A DNA stretch of 64,000 nt from Candidatus Zixiibacteriota bacterium (GCA_020351995.1 CP070674.1:3533169-3597168), one strand, 5' to 3'; positions 38,365-48,140 are shown, counted from the stretch's first letter. Translations and numbers: made by a program. The notes: a model not told the origin generated them from the sequence alone.

Positions 38365-40146
38365 TTAGTCAGTGCCGGATTTGTTCTGCTCGCCGGGTTT
38401 GGGACAGATCGGTTCCGGACCGCCCTTGTGCAGATAATCTATCAGGTACTTCACATCGTCGCGGTCAATCGTGCCGTCGCCGTTAGCGTCTCCCGCCTCA
38501 AGCGGGTAAGGGGCGGGACCATCCTTCTGCAAGTAAGCGATCAGGAACGATACATCAAGCTGGGTGATAATTCCGTCTCCGTCGGCGTCACCGCAGATAT
38601 AGTCCACCACGGCCGGGTTATAAACATAGACGTACATCTGGTCGCCGACAATCGAGTCGACCCGAACATAGATTCCGGTCGGACCCGAATAGCCGTCGCT
38701 GTTGGGAGTAGTATTGGGTCCAAACTCGCTTTGTCCATCGACATCATCTGAGAACAGCGCCGCCCGGCGAGTCTCGTACGGATACCACCACTGGGCGCTG
38801 TCAGTAACTCGACCTTCCGGGTTGGTCGTGTAATCCCGCGCCGGATCATAACCGGCATCCATCACCGCCACGGTGTAGTGCTTGTACTCGGGAGTACCGT
38901 CGTTGACGTGAGTATCGCGTCTGAGGTCAACCACCGAATCATCTACGTGGCTGATGAGCAGACCGTGGTCCAGTGGATCGGCACCGAAGGTCAAATCGGG
39001 CCAGAAGTAACAGCTGAAATCCGAATCGAGCTTGTCAAACTTAGCCGCCGAATTAGGATTGCGGTACTCCAGCAGGAAATACTCGCCGGCGTCTTGACCA
39101 CCGGGATGGGCCGTAATCGGCAGCTTGAAGAGAGCATTCTCGCTTGAGGTTTCGATGTTGTTGATAACCAGGTCTTTGTGCTCACCCACCAGTTCGATCG
39201 GCTCTATCCAACCCATCTTCATCTTGCTCCAGCCGCACAGATGCGACGGTAGCACCGAGCCTATCGACAGAAGACCATAGCCCCCGTAACCCATCACGCA
39301 CCAGTCGACTACCGGGTGATCGTTATTGTCGTTGGGAGTATAGTAGCTCGAAGTAAGAAGCTTGTCATCATAATCGTACAAGTCCGGAGCTCCGAAGTTG
39401 TGGGACAGCTCGTGACAGAAGACTCTGATGCCGCAGAGATCACTTTCTCCGGAGAACTGGGTGGGGTTATCCGGATCGCGCAGAGGCTCGGTTTCGGGCG
39501 AGGTGTTCCAGTGCTTAACCAGCATGCCATCGAAAGGTCCCCAGCCAACGGGCCAGGAAATGGCGTACGACCAGATGTCATTGGGGTCACCGGAATCTTC
39601 TTCACCGTTGCCTGACCGGATAAAGCAGACAGCGTCAACATCCCCATCACCGTTGCCGTCGTACTGCGAGTAGTCGATGATCTCGTCGAGGTAATACATT
39701 ATCGTGGCAAAGTCGTTGTAGCTGAAGTTCGGGCTGTAAGAACCACCGTTATACCAGTAGGGGGTGTACCAGTCGATTACATCGCCCGTTACGGCCACCT
39801 GCCCGTACGAAACCTCGTCGAAATAGTCGGCCACTGACCCCCCCGGCAGCTCATTCCTTGAAAACAGGAGTTTCTCAAGGTCCTCCCGTGAGTAGGTGCC
39901 CGGACGGTCAACCCATTCAACCGGGATGGCCAGAAGCTTCAGGGTATCACCTTCGAAATAACTCTCGGCCAGATCTGCCAGGTCTTCGGCGAGAAGCTCC
40001 TGCCCGGGTAAACGACCGTACTTTTCGATGATTTTCTCGCGCGGCATATCGCGGATTATCATCTTATCAAAATCGTCGGCTAGGGTTAGAGGGGAAAGGG
40101 TGAAACAGAAAATGAAAAGCGCACACAAAAACAAGGATTTCATCAT
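38365..40146 (-). CDS. M6 (immune inhibitor A-like) zinc metallopeptidase with C-terminal dockerin-like module
   Basis: 593 aa with a signal peptide. The HExxH site is in FCHELSHNFGAPDLYD. The C-terminal dockerin-like repeats are DADGDGIITQLD and DANGDGTIDRDD. Confidence 0.8.
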   Translation of the reverse strand: MMKSLFLCALFIFCFTLSPLTLADDFDKMIIRDMPREKIIEKYGRLPGQELLAEDLADLAESYFEGDTLKLLAIPVEWVDRPGTYSREDLEKLLFSRNELPGGSVADYFDEVSYGQVAVTGDVIDWYTPYWYNGGSYSPNFSYNDFATIMYYLDEIIDYSQYDGNGDGDVDAVCFIRSGNGEEDSGDPNDIWSYAISWPVGWGPFDGMLVKHWNTSPETEPLRDPDNPTQFSGESDLCGIRVFCHELSHNFGAPDLYDYDDKLLTSSYYTPNDNNDHPVVDWCVMGYGGYGLLSIGSVLPSHLCGWSKMKMGWIEPIELVGEHKDLVINNIETSSENALFKLPITAHPGGQDAGEYFLLEYRNPNSAAKFDKLDSDFSCYFWPDLTFGADPLDHGLLISHVDDSVVDLRRDTHVNDGTPEYKHYTVAVMDAGYDPARDYTTNPEGRVTDSAQWWYPYETRRAALFSDDVDGQSEFGPNTTPNSDGYSGPTGIYVRVDSIVGDQMYVYVYNPAVVDYICGDADGDGIITQLDVSFLIAYLQKDGPAPYPLEAGDANGDGTIDRDDVKYLIDYLHKGGPEPICPKPGEQNKSGTD

Positions 40147-40605
40147 ACCTCCCGTGGTTGATGTTTAGTTCAGTCTTTGCGACCACACTGCGACGGCGGG
40201 TAGCCGGTGGTATTTTGAGGCCAACCCGGAGAAGTCTGAAGGTGCTGCTCTGACCAGCTTATGAAAGTCAATCGATTAAGAGCGATTACTCCCGTTGTGT
40301 CAAAACGTTATTGGATTCGGCAGCATATCAGCGCTCTGCGCCATCACGGTAAGAAAATCTTCTATTGTATACGTGACAATCTCTCAATTGGATGCGTGAA
40401 AAACCGCGCTGCGCGGAAGATGGTTGCGGGGCTCGCGAAATTTTTCTCATCGTCATGGGCAAGGAACCAGCGGCGCCCTGCTTCAACGCAGTAAATCGAT
40501 AAGAATGGTTAGACTCTGCGCGTCCGCCTGGCCGCCGCCTTCGACGCGCCTATCCCTCGGCAACAGATCAGGGCAATTAAGGGCCGCGGGTAACGAATAT
40601 TACAG

Positions 40606-40633
40606 TTGACGTGGCGGGTATTTTAGTTATATT
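40606..40633 (+). promoter_or_regulatory. Sigma70-type promoter
   Basis: TTGACG-16 nt-TATATT. It implies a ~160-nt leader. Confidence 0.5.
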
Positions 40634-40797
40634 AAGGCCTGACCTCACAATTACTTATCAAATTACACGAAACATAGTTGTGTAACATATTATTATCAGT
40701 AAGCCTCACGAATATTTCAGAGGAGGTGGTACCGGCAGCTACGTCAGCGCACGAATTCCAAAACGGAAACCAGCCCTTACTAATCTTTGGAGGATGT

Positions 40798-42906
40798 ATG
40801 AACCGCACCTTTGTATCAGTAACGCTTCTGCTGACGCTGCTCGTATTCGGCTCTGTGACTATGGCTTACGGCGAAGCGAAGTGGGTTTCGCTTAAGGGAA
40901 CATCGTCCCCGGAAAACCCTTCTTCCGTGGTGATCAGGTCGAATCAGCAGGAAACCGTAATCAAAGTCTTTATCAACGGATTCTTCTCGGAAGACATTAC
41001 CAGTGGCGATGTCACGCGCCATTCGCTAAGCCTTCCCGGATGCCCTGGTACGCTTGAGGCCGGCAATCTGGAACTGCCGTTTATATCTGAGATGATAGGC
41101 ATTCCGGGCAATGCCAACATTAAGGTCAGCGTCATAGACCGCAAAGAAGTTACTCTTTCTGGCTATGCCGTCGATCCTGAACGGGAGAGCTCTTTCTATC
41201 CCGAGAGGCAAGCTTCAGTCGACGAACCGGGAATCTGGCGCGATATCCGCGTAGTCAGCTTGAAGGTGAGCCCGATCCGCTATAATCCCGCGACCGGTCA
41301 GATTAAGGCCTGTACCGAGATGACCCTGAAACTGGATTACTCTGGTATCAGTGATGTCAACGTGCTGGAGGCGACCGGCCGACCGGTTAAACCCAACTAT
41401 GACCGGATGTATCGCGACATGGTGCTCAACTACGACGCCTTAAGTCTGGAAGTTGAGAATCCGAGTGTTGCCAAGCCCAATCAAGAAGACGGTTATGACT
41501 ATCTGATAATATGCGCCGACCAGTGGGTGGAGTACATGCAGCCGTTTATTGACTGGAAAGAGTCGCTGGGACTTCAGACCAAGATGTACTCGAAAACCGA
41601 GGTCATGATTGCCCGCGGGCTTGATCCAGAGGAAAACTGGCTGCCACATCACCAGATCTTGTTCTTTCTGGTGGACGAATACGCGGTCAGCCATTTCAGC
41701 TACCTGCTTATCGTGGGGCACCCCAAGGATATAGATCTTGGGTACTGGTCATTCACGGAAAAGAGTGATTACGAGTATTCACGTGTGGCCGGCATAGATA
41801 ACTGGCCGGACATCGGGGTCGGTCGTTTCTCCGTGACCAGAGTCTCGGAACTGCAGAATATGATCAACAAAAGTATCGCCTTCCAGTCCAATCCGCCGCC
41901 CGGGGACTGGCTGGTGAAATCCCTGATGATAGCCGGCTACGATTATGCTACCCTGGATGCCTCTTTCCAGGATTGCTCGAATGACATAATCGAACCTACG
42001 TGGCGAATCGGTGCGCCGCGCAAAACATACAGCGTACTTCATCCCGATTTCATAACGGCTTATGGTGCCGCATATGAAGACGGTGGGGATGAGGCCACCA
42101 ACGAGGATGTCATAAACTACATCAATCAAGGCTGTCGATTCGTGAATTACCGTGGACACGGCAGTGTCCTGGGCTGGGAGGAGTGGAGCATTGATCACGA
42201 CAAGTTCTATATCGGGAGCTGTAATGGACTCGACAACGGCCAGAAAACGCCCGTCGTATTCGCTATTGCCAATGGGACTCTCTATTTCGACATGAACTCC
42301 GGTGAGCGGACCTTAGGCGAGGCATTCACTTCCTGCCGGGCCGACGGCGCCGCGGCTTATCTCGGAGCGACTAGTTATACCGAAGATTGGATAATGAACC
42401 CCCACGCGGGAAACTATTATAACCGGCACTTTTACAAGGCCGTTTTTCAAAAGGGGATCAACGCTGCCGGCGATGCATCAACCTATGCGGCCCTGGCAAC
42501 CATAGAGTATTTTTACGATCACCTGTGTCGCCGCTTCTTCTGGTTAGGTGACCCTTCGTTGCAGCTTATCCACCAGGAAGATGCCGCGGCTTTGGCATCT
42601 GACGGAGAGAACACCAGCAAGGCCGTCCCCGATGATATGCCTGCTAAGGTTGAGCTGCAGGCCAACTATCCTAATCCATTCAACCCGACCACGGATATTC
42701 AGTTCACTCTGCCGTATGCTTCGCACGTGAAGCTGGAAGTGTTCAATATCATGGGGCAGAAAGTGTCGACGCTGGTAGACGAGTATATGTTGGCCGGCCC
42801 TCACGTTGTTACCTTCAACGGCGACAATCAAGCCAGCGGCATGTATCTTTATCGTCTGACGACCGGCCAATCGGTCATCGCGAAGAAGATGATACTGGTG
42901 AAGTGA
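40798..42906 (+). CDS. C25 (gingipain-like) peptidase homolog with T9SS C-terminal sorting domain; catalytic Cys apparently missing
   Basis: The start is trimmed to MNRTF at 40798, after GGAGGA. It is collinear with 9162-11822, and YRGHG is present. The SIACYN position reads AIANGT. Confidence 0.8.
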   Translation: MNRTFVSVTLLLTLLVFGSVTMAYGEAKWVSLKGTSSPENPSSVVIRSNQQETVIKVFINGFFSEDITSGDVTRHSLSLPGCPGTLEAGNLELPFISEMIGIPGNANIKVSVIDRKEVTLSGYAVDPERESSFYPERQASVDEPGIWRDIRVVSLKVSPIRYNPATGQIKACTEMTLKLDYSGISDVNVLEATGRPVKPNYDRMYRDMVLNYDALSLEVENPSVAKPNQEDGYDYLIICADQWVEYMQPFIDWKESLGLQTKMYSKTEVMIARGLDPEENWLPHHQILFFLVDEYAVSHFSYLLIVGHPKDIDLGYWSFTEKSDYEYSRVAGIDNWPDIGVGRFSVTRVSELQNMINKSIAFQSNPPPGDWLVKSLMIAGYDYATLDASFQDCSNDIIEPTWRIGAPRKTYSVLHPDFITAYGAAYEDGGDEATNEDVINYINQGCRFVNYRGHGSVLGWEEWSIDHDKFYIGSCNGLDNGQKTPVVFAIANGTLYFDMNSGERTLGEAFTSCRADGAAAYLGATSYTEDWIMNPHAGNYYNRHFYKAVFQKGINAAGDASTYAALATIEYFYDHLCRRFFWLGDPSLQLIHQEDAAALASDGENTSKAVPDDMPAKVELQANYPNPFNPTTDIQFTLPYASHVKLEVFNIMGQKVSTLVDEYMLAGPHVVTFNGDNQASGMYLYRLTTGQSVIAKKMILVK

Positions 42907-42921
42907 TCGGCCAAATCTGAC

Positions 42922-42986
42922 GGCAGGAGTCGAGGCCCTCGCAGTTCGGGACGGGGACGGCTCCTGCCCTACTTCTCCGCACCTCC
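42922..42986 (+). repeat. Hairpin plus left-half-like fragment of the 50-63 kb repeat family
   Basis: GGCAGGAG...CTCCTGCCCTACTTCTCCGCACCTCC parallels GGCAGGAG...CTCCTGCCCTACCAATTTGTCCCCACCCTCC at 52814-52862. It lacks GGTAACCTCAA and everything to the right of it. Confidence 0.35.
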
Positions 42987-43004
42987 TAAAGGCCCGCTGT
43001 AGGG

Positions 43005-43032
43005 TTGACAGAAGGTGAAATTACGCTATATT
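43005..43032 (+). promoter_or_regulatory. Sigma70-type promoter
   Basis: GGGTTGACA-16 nt-TATATT. Confidence 0.6.
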
Positions 43033-43136
43033 GTGTATAACGTTAGGCAACTGAGTTTTCACTAGTCCCTCCGATCAACACTATTTCGTCACAAATGTTA
43101 CTCCACCAATACTGTATCGGATAGGAGATTGATGCT

Positions 43137-45221
43137 ATGAAAGCACATTATGCTCTCAGACTTGCTGTTTTGATTGTGCTGGTGCTGAGCGCAAGTACAA
43201 TCGCTTATGGGGACGGGAGGAGCGCTTCATCACAGTTCGATGAGGATGTATGCGGCTTAATCGTCAAGGTAAAATCGGGAGTGAAGATTAGCGTCTCCGA
43301 TGAGCCGGGATTTCGGAACATTACGAATGTACCCGAGCTGGATCGACTCAACGCCAAGTGGGGCGTTACAGGCGTACGAAAACTGATACTGACGGGTCAG
43401 GGCTGTGAAAGCCACCCTTTTGAGCGCTACTACGTTCTGGAGCGCATAGGTGGTTATGACTACGCTGGAATGAGAGAGGAATATGAGCAGCTGCCCTCGA
43501 TTGAGGAAGCTCACTTCAACTTCAAGGTTTCTCTTTGTGGGGCACCGAATGATCCACTCTTCCCTTACCAATATAACCTCTACAACACCGGTCAGCTTCA
43601 CCCCGCGATAGTGACAATAGAGGGAGACAACAACGATACCCTGGCATGGGTCAGTGGTCTTGCTGGTGCCGATATCAATGCCTATGAGGCCATCTCCAAT
43701 CCGCCCGACGATTCGCGAACGGCGGTGGTGGCTGTTCTCGACACCGGTGTCGATCTGGATCACCCCGAGCTGGCCGGAAGGATCTGGACTAACGACCTTG
43801 AGATAGACGGTAATGGTATTGACGATGACAACAACGGATATATCGATGATGTCATTGGTTGGCATTTTATTCAGGAGCGAGGTAGTAAGCCGGGGGGCGA
43901 CAATGACCCCACGGACTGGCTGGGTCATGGCACTATCTGTGCCGGAGTCGTAGCCAGTCTGACAAATAATGAACAGGGGATCGCCGGTATATGCCCTGAT
44001 GTGAAGATCATGGCTCTGACGTCGGACCCTCTCGATGTGGGCTTCACTATTGCCATGATCCTCTATGCCACCGACAACGGAGCGGACGTTATTAGTATGA
44101 GCTTCGTTCTGGGCCGCAAGGCGGCGAATCCACCTCTGATTGCCGCGATTGAATATGCCATCTCTAAGGGGGTAGTACTCTTTGCTGGAGCCGGCAACTC
44201 GGGTATTGAAGAATACAATATACCCGCCAGTCATGATCTTGTCATAGCGGTTGGGGCCTCCAACGACCTGGATCAAGTGGCCGACTTTTCGACTTACGGT
44301 CAGCACCTGGATTTGGTAGCTCCGGGCGTTGATATATTGTCCTTACGAGCCGATGACCTGGATTTTTATGCCATAACGAACGAACCCGAAGTGCACATCA
44401 TCGATGACTACTACTATGTGGCACGCGGTACAAGCATGTCTACCCCGACGGCAGCCGGTGTTGCAGCCACGCTAAGAGTTCTCTCACCGGGTCTGGATCC
44501 TGCAAAGACAAGGGAGATACTTACCAGCACGGCCCGCGATCTGATCGACCCGTACGGCGACGGATCTTATCTCCCCGGTTGGGATATGTACAGCGGCTGG
44601 GGTTGTGTGGATATGGGAGCGGCTCTGAACGCGGCACCCTCCGTCAGAGCCCATATCTCCTCTCCGGTTGCCAACGAGATGTTCTATACACCTTCGGTAG
44701 AAATAGTGGGGACTGCCGATGGCGACGACTTTCAGTCCTATGTGCTCGAGTACGGTGAAGGTTTCGAACCGGCTGAGTGGTTCCAGATTGCTTCATCTTC
44801 ATCACCCGTAACGGACAATGTTCTCGGGGTCTGGTCAACAGGCTCCCTCGGGGGAATCTACACGATTCGTCTTCGCGTAGGCGAGTTCAACTTTGATGTT
44901 GTTACGGTGCAGCTCGACCCACAGGCCGCACCGGTTGCCACAAAAGCGAACGCTTCGAATGAGCCGGTATTGCATGCCAATTATCCCAATCCCTTCAACC
45001 CGTCCACGGACATTCGCTTCAATTTGCCGTATGCTTCGCACGTGAAGCTGGAAGTGTTCAATATCATGGGGCAGAAAGTGTCGACGCTGGTAGACGAGTA
45101 TATGTTGGCCGGCCCTCACATTGTTACCTTCAACGGCGACAATCAAGCCAGCGGCATGTATCTTTATCGTCTAACGACCGACCAATCGGTCATCGCGAAA
45201 AAGATGATGCTGGTGAAGTAG
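43137..45221 (+). CDS. S8 subtilisin-like serine peptidase with T9SS C-terminal sorting domain
   Basis: 694 aa. Triad contexts are VVAVLDTGVD, HGTICAGV and GTSMSTPTAAGV. The tail is nearly identical to that of 40798-42906. Confidence 0.9.
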   Translation: MKAHYALRLAVLIVLVLSASTIAYGDGRSASSQFDEDVCGLIVKVKSGVKISVSDEPGFRNITNVPELDRLNAKWGVTGVRKLILTGQGCESHPFERYYVLERIGGYDYAGMREEYEQLPSIEEAHFNFKVSLCGAPNDPLFPYQYNLYNTGQLHPAIVTIEGDNNDTLAWVSGLAGADINAYEAISNPPDDSRTAVVAVLDTGVDLDHPELAGRIWTNDLEIDGNGIDDDNNGYIDDVIGWHFIQERGSKPGGDNDPTDWLGHGTICAGVVASLTNNEQGIAGICPDVKIMALTSDPLDVGFTIAMILYATDNGADVISMSFVLGRKAANPPLIAAIEYAISKGVVLFAGAGNSGIEEYNIPASHDLVIAVGASNDLDQVADFSTYGQHLDLVAPGVDILSLRADDLDFYAITNEPEVHIIDDYYYVARGTSMSTPTAAGVAATLRVLSPGLDPAKTREILTSTARDLIDPYGDGSYLPGWDMYSGWGCVDMGAALNAAPSVRAHISSPVANEMFYTPSVEIVGTADGDDFQSYVLEYGEGFEPAEWFQIASSSSPVTDNVLGVWSTGSLGGIYTIRLRVGEFNFDVVTVQLDPQAAPVATKANASNEPVLHANYPNPFNPSTDIRFNLPYASHVKLEVFNIMGQKVSTLVDEYMLAGPHIVTFNGDNQASGMYLYRLTTDQSVIAKKMMLVK

Positions 45222-45248
45222 CCAATCGAGATAGCTCCAAAATGGTAA

Positions 45249-45277
45249 GGCTCCGGGTTGTCACTCGGAGCCTTTTC
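45249..45277 (+). terminator. Intrinsic terminator
   Basis: GGCTCCG-ggttgtcact-CGGAGCC followed by TTTTC. Confidence 0.7.
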
Positions 45278-45458
45278 ATAATATCATTGACGGAGGAGAT
45301 CTTAGCCGGACACAGGCTTGTTGAAATCCTTGCCATCAAGCCGATCTGACAATGGTCAAAGAGCCTCCCGGTAAAGAGGACATCCTGAAAATCCTCGGAT
45401 TATTGCGGGACGAACGCAACAATGCGGGCACCTGCCCGTCTAATTAGAGGAAGCCCGT

Positions 45459-47864
45459 ATGATCACGCACTACCTTAAGTCGTCACTCAGGACCTTGCTG
45501 AAAAGCAGGATGTTCACCCTCATCTCGGTGCTTGGGCTTGCCCTTGGCCTTGCCATGGGCCAGTTTTCGCTGGCCTATCTGGTCAGGGAGATGAGTTTTG
45601 ATCAGTTCCACGAGAACAAGGACCATATATACCGCGTGGAAATGCGGTATCAACATGCCGATACTACATGGTCCAGCGCCCGTGTCATGGCTCCCCTCGG
45701 TCCCAAAATTGCCAACGATATCCCCGGTATCTCAAAGGTAGCCGTCTTTCGACACATCAGAAGGCCGACTTTGAAAATAGAGCAGAGGAAGTATGAGGGT
45801 GGCCATTTGATTTTCGCTTCCCCTGAGTTTTTCGAGGTCTTCACCATGCCGCTCAAAGTGGGTGACGCAGCGACAGCCCTCAGGGATCCCGCGACCGTAT
45901 TGATAACCGACACGGTTGCCATGACCTACTTCCCTGACCGAAACCCCATCGGAGAGACAATTACACTCAGTGGTCAGAACGAGTTTACGATTATCGGCAT
46001 CCTGGAGAACATACCCTCAACGACACAGCTCAAGTGTGACTATATAGCGTCGTATTCCACGTTGGCAACTATGGGAGAAGATTTGACCGCATGGACCGAC
46101 AACCGCTCGGACCTGACCTACCTGCTAATGAATCCCGGAGCTTCACCGGATCTGGTTGAGGCGCAGGTCAACCGTTTGTTCGCCGGAAATGTAAGCCCGG
46201 ATATTGCGCAGCGATATACTTTTAAGCTAAAGCCGCTAAGCGACATTTATTATGACACCTATTTCAGCGGGAACCGGGGTGAACTGCTGCCGGGCTGGGA
46301 ACCTGATATGATTGTCTTCCTGGGGGCCATCGGTCTGTTTATTCTGATCCAGTCAATAGTGAATTTCATTAGCCTTTCGACCGCTTGGGGTTTGGACCGC
46401 ATGAAGGAGATCGGTATCCGCAGGACTCTGGGGGCCGATCGCGGCAAACTTATCGGGCAGTTTCTGGGTGAATCTCTTATCCTCGCCGCGATAGCCATGG
46501 TGGCCGCCCAGTTCTTCTTCGAATTCATCAGAGTTGGTTACAACTCTGTGGGGCTGACAGCCTTTGAGAAGACTTATGAACTGGCGAACATGTATGGTAG
46601 CGCGAATAACATAGCACTCCTGGTGCTTATGACCGCTGTGGTTGGAATTCTGGCGGGCATTTTCCCCGCCGTCTATTTATCCCGGTTCAAGGCTATCTCT
46701 ATCTTGAAGGATGGTTCTTCGGGTGTGCCTTCAAAGTCACGCTTGAGAAGGATCGTGGTGGTTTTTCAGTTCACACTGGCCGTTTTCTTTATCACGTGCG
46801 CGGCGGGTCTTCATCGGCAATTTGATTTCATCACCAATTATGACATGGGATTCGACCGGACCGACATGATGGTTCTGAAATTCGATGACGTCAATTCCAC
46901 CGCCAGAGATTGCGCCATCGCCAAAAACGAAATTCTGGCGCGCAACGATGTTCTCGGAGCCGCCCGGACCAGCCATTGGTTGGGCAGCAGAATTTGGTCC
47001 TCGACCTTCTATACCAGCCCGGAACGCAATAAGACCGAAGTGAAGTACGCCAAACGGATCAAAGCTGATTTCGATTTTCTTTCGTTCTATGGAATCGAAC
47101 TGGCCGAGGGGCGGGGGTTTTCCCGGGAGAATCCGGAAGACGCCAATCACGCCGTAATCATAAATGAGTCGATGCGAAACGAATTAGGCGCGGCGGGTGC
47201 CGTCGGTAGCAGGCTATATCTGGATTCGGCAGCGCTGGAAATAATAGGTGTTGCAAAGGATTTTCAGGGCTCTGCCATGGATTGGAGCTACAATGCCGCC
47301 ATGATGGTAAGCTTAAACCCGGATTCCACCCGCATTCTCTGTGTTAAACTGAAACCGGACAATATCAAGGGATCGATCGCCGCTATTGAGGACACCTGGA
47401 AACGAATCTTCGATGACCGGGTATTCACTTACTCTTTCCTCGAGGATGACATTCGTGCTCGTTATGGCGAGCTGCATAGTCTGACGGTGCTGTTTACCGG
47501 CTTGTCCGTCATCTCAGTCGTGATATCCTGCCTGGGCATATTCGGACTGGTTTCATTCACTGTAAAACGCAAAACCAAAGAGATAGCTATTCGCAAAGTG
47601 CTGGGGGCGTCGGTGGCCGCTATCTTTGGGAGGCTCACCAAAGAATTTCTGGTTCTCATTATGATTGCCAACGCCATTGCCTTCCCCTTTGGCTTCTTGC
47701 TGGTCATCGCATCCCGTCAGGAATACACCTTTCAGGCAAGCATCAGCGTCCTTACCTATGTGCTCGGGGGTATGCTGGCGATTTTGCTGGCACTGATTAC
47801 GTCTGCCTTTCAGGTTACGGCAGCGGCTCGCGCCAATCCGGTTGACGCTTTGAGGAACGAGTGA
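45459..47864 (+). CDS. ABC-transporter permease of the FtsX/MacB type (two FtsX domains)
   Basis: 801 aa. An N-terminal TM is followed by a large periplasmic domain and a 3-TM FtsX module, and this arrangement is duplicated. No ATPase gene is adjacent. Confidence 0.8.
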   Translation: MITHYLKSSLRTLLKSRMFTLISVLGLALGLAMGQFSLAYLVREMSFDQFHENKDHIYRVEMRYQHADTTWSSARVMAPLGPKIANDIPGISKVAVFRHIRRPTLKIEQRKYEGGHLIFASPEFFEVFTMPLKVGDAATALRDPATVLITDTVAMTYFPDRNPIGETITLSGQNEFTIIGILENIPSTTQLKCDYIASYSTLATMGEDLTAWTDNRSDLTYLLMNPGASPDLVEAQVNRLFAGNVSPDIAQRYTFKLKPLSDIYYDTYFSGNRGELLPGWEPDMIVFLGAIGLFILIQSIVNFISLSTAWGLDRMKEIGIRRTLGADRGKLIGQFLGESLILAAIAMVAAQFFFEFIRVGYNSVGLTAFEKTYELANMYGSANNIALLVLMTAVVGILAGIFPAVYLSRFKAISILKDGSSGVPSKSRLRRIVVVFQFTLAVFFITCAAGLHRQFDFITNYDMGFDRTDMMVLKFDDVNSTARDCAIAKNEILARNDVLGAARTSHWLGSRIWSSTFYTSPERNKTEVKYAKRIKADFDFLSFYGIELAEGRGFSRENPEDANHAVIINESMRNELGAAGAVGSRLYLDSAALEIIGVAKDFQGSAMDWSYNAAMMVSLNPDSTRILCVKLKPDNIKGSIAAIEDTWKRIFDDRVFTYSFLEDDIRARYGELHSLTVLFTGLSVISVVISCLGIFGLVSFTVKRKTKEIAIRKVLGASVAAIFGRLTKEFLVLIMIANAIAFPFGFLLVIASRQEYTFQASISVLTYVLGGMLAILLALITSAFQVTAAARANPVDALRNE

Positions 47865-48065
47865 GGGACCTCCCCCAGGACCGCAAAACCCCCAGCGAGC
47901 CAGGCAACAAAAAGGTCACCACGACCCGTTAAGAACAGGACGACTCGGGGATCAACCAACCCCGAATCCATACTAAACAAACCCGTTATGTATTGTTTGT
48001 CTGAAAGGTAGTCTCGACTTTACTTTACGGATCCTCAAAACGGCAGCACATTAAAAATCGATTAA

Positions 48066-48140
48066 TTACTACATGAGCGGGAACCTGAGCCGTATCCGAA
48101 TAGTTAGTAACGTATCCAAACGGGATAGCACAAGGGGTTC
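48066..48140 (+). repeat. Conserved ~75-nt upstream element (copy 1), shared with 56033-56108
   Basis: The blocks TTACT.CA.GA.CGGGAACC, GTTA.TAACGTAT.CAAA and GGG.TAG.AC.CA.GGG.TTC are shared between the two copies. Confidence 0.4.

Noticed and set aside
43257-44306. Long antisense or alternative-frame ORFs inside large genes, for example 2405-3337, 784-1233, 6098-6694, 43257-44306, 56563-57438, 58477-59037 and 54832-55350.
   Set aside because: They are embedded opposite or out of frame within ORFs that carry clear family motifs. They lack RBS and recognisable domains, and have Arg/Pro/Gly-rich shadow-frame composition typical of GC-rich coding DNA.
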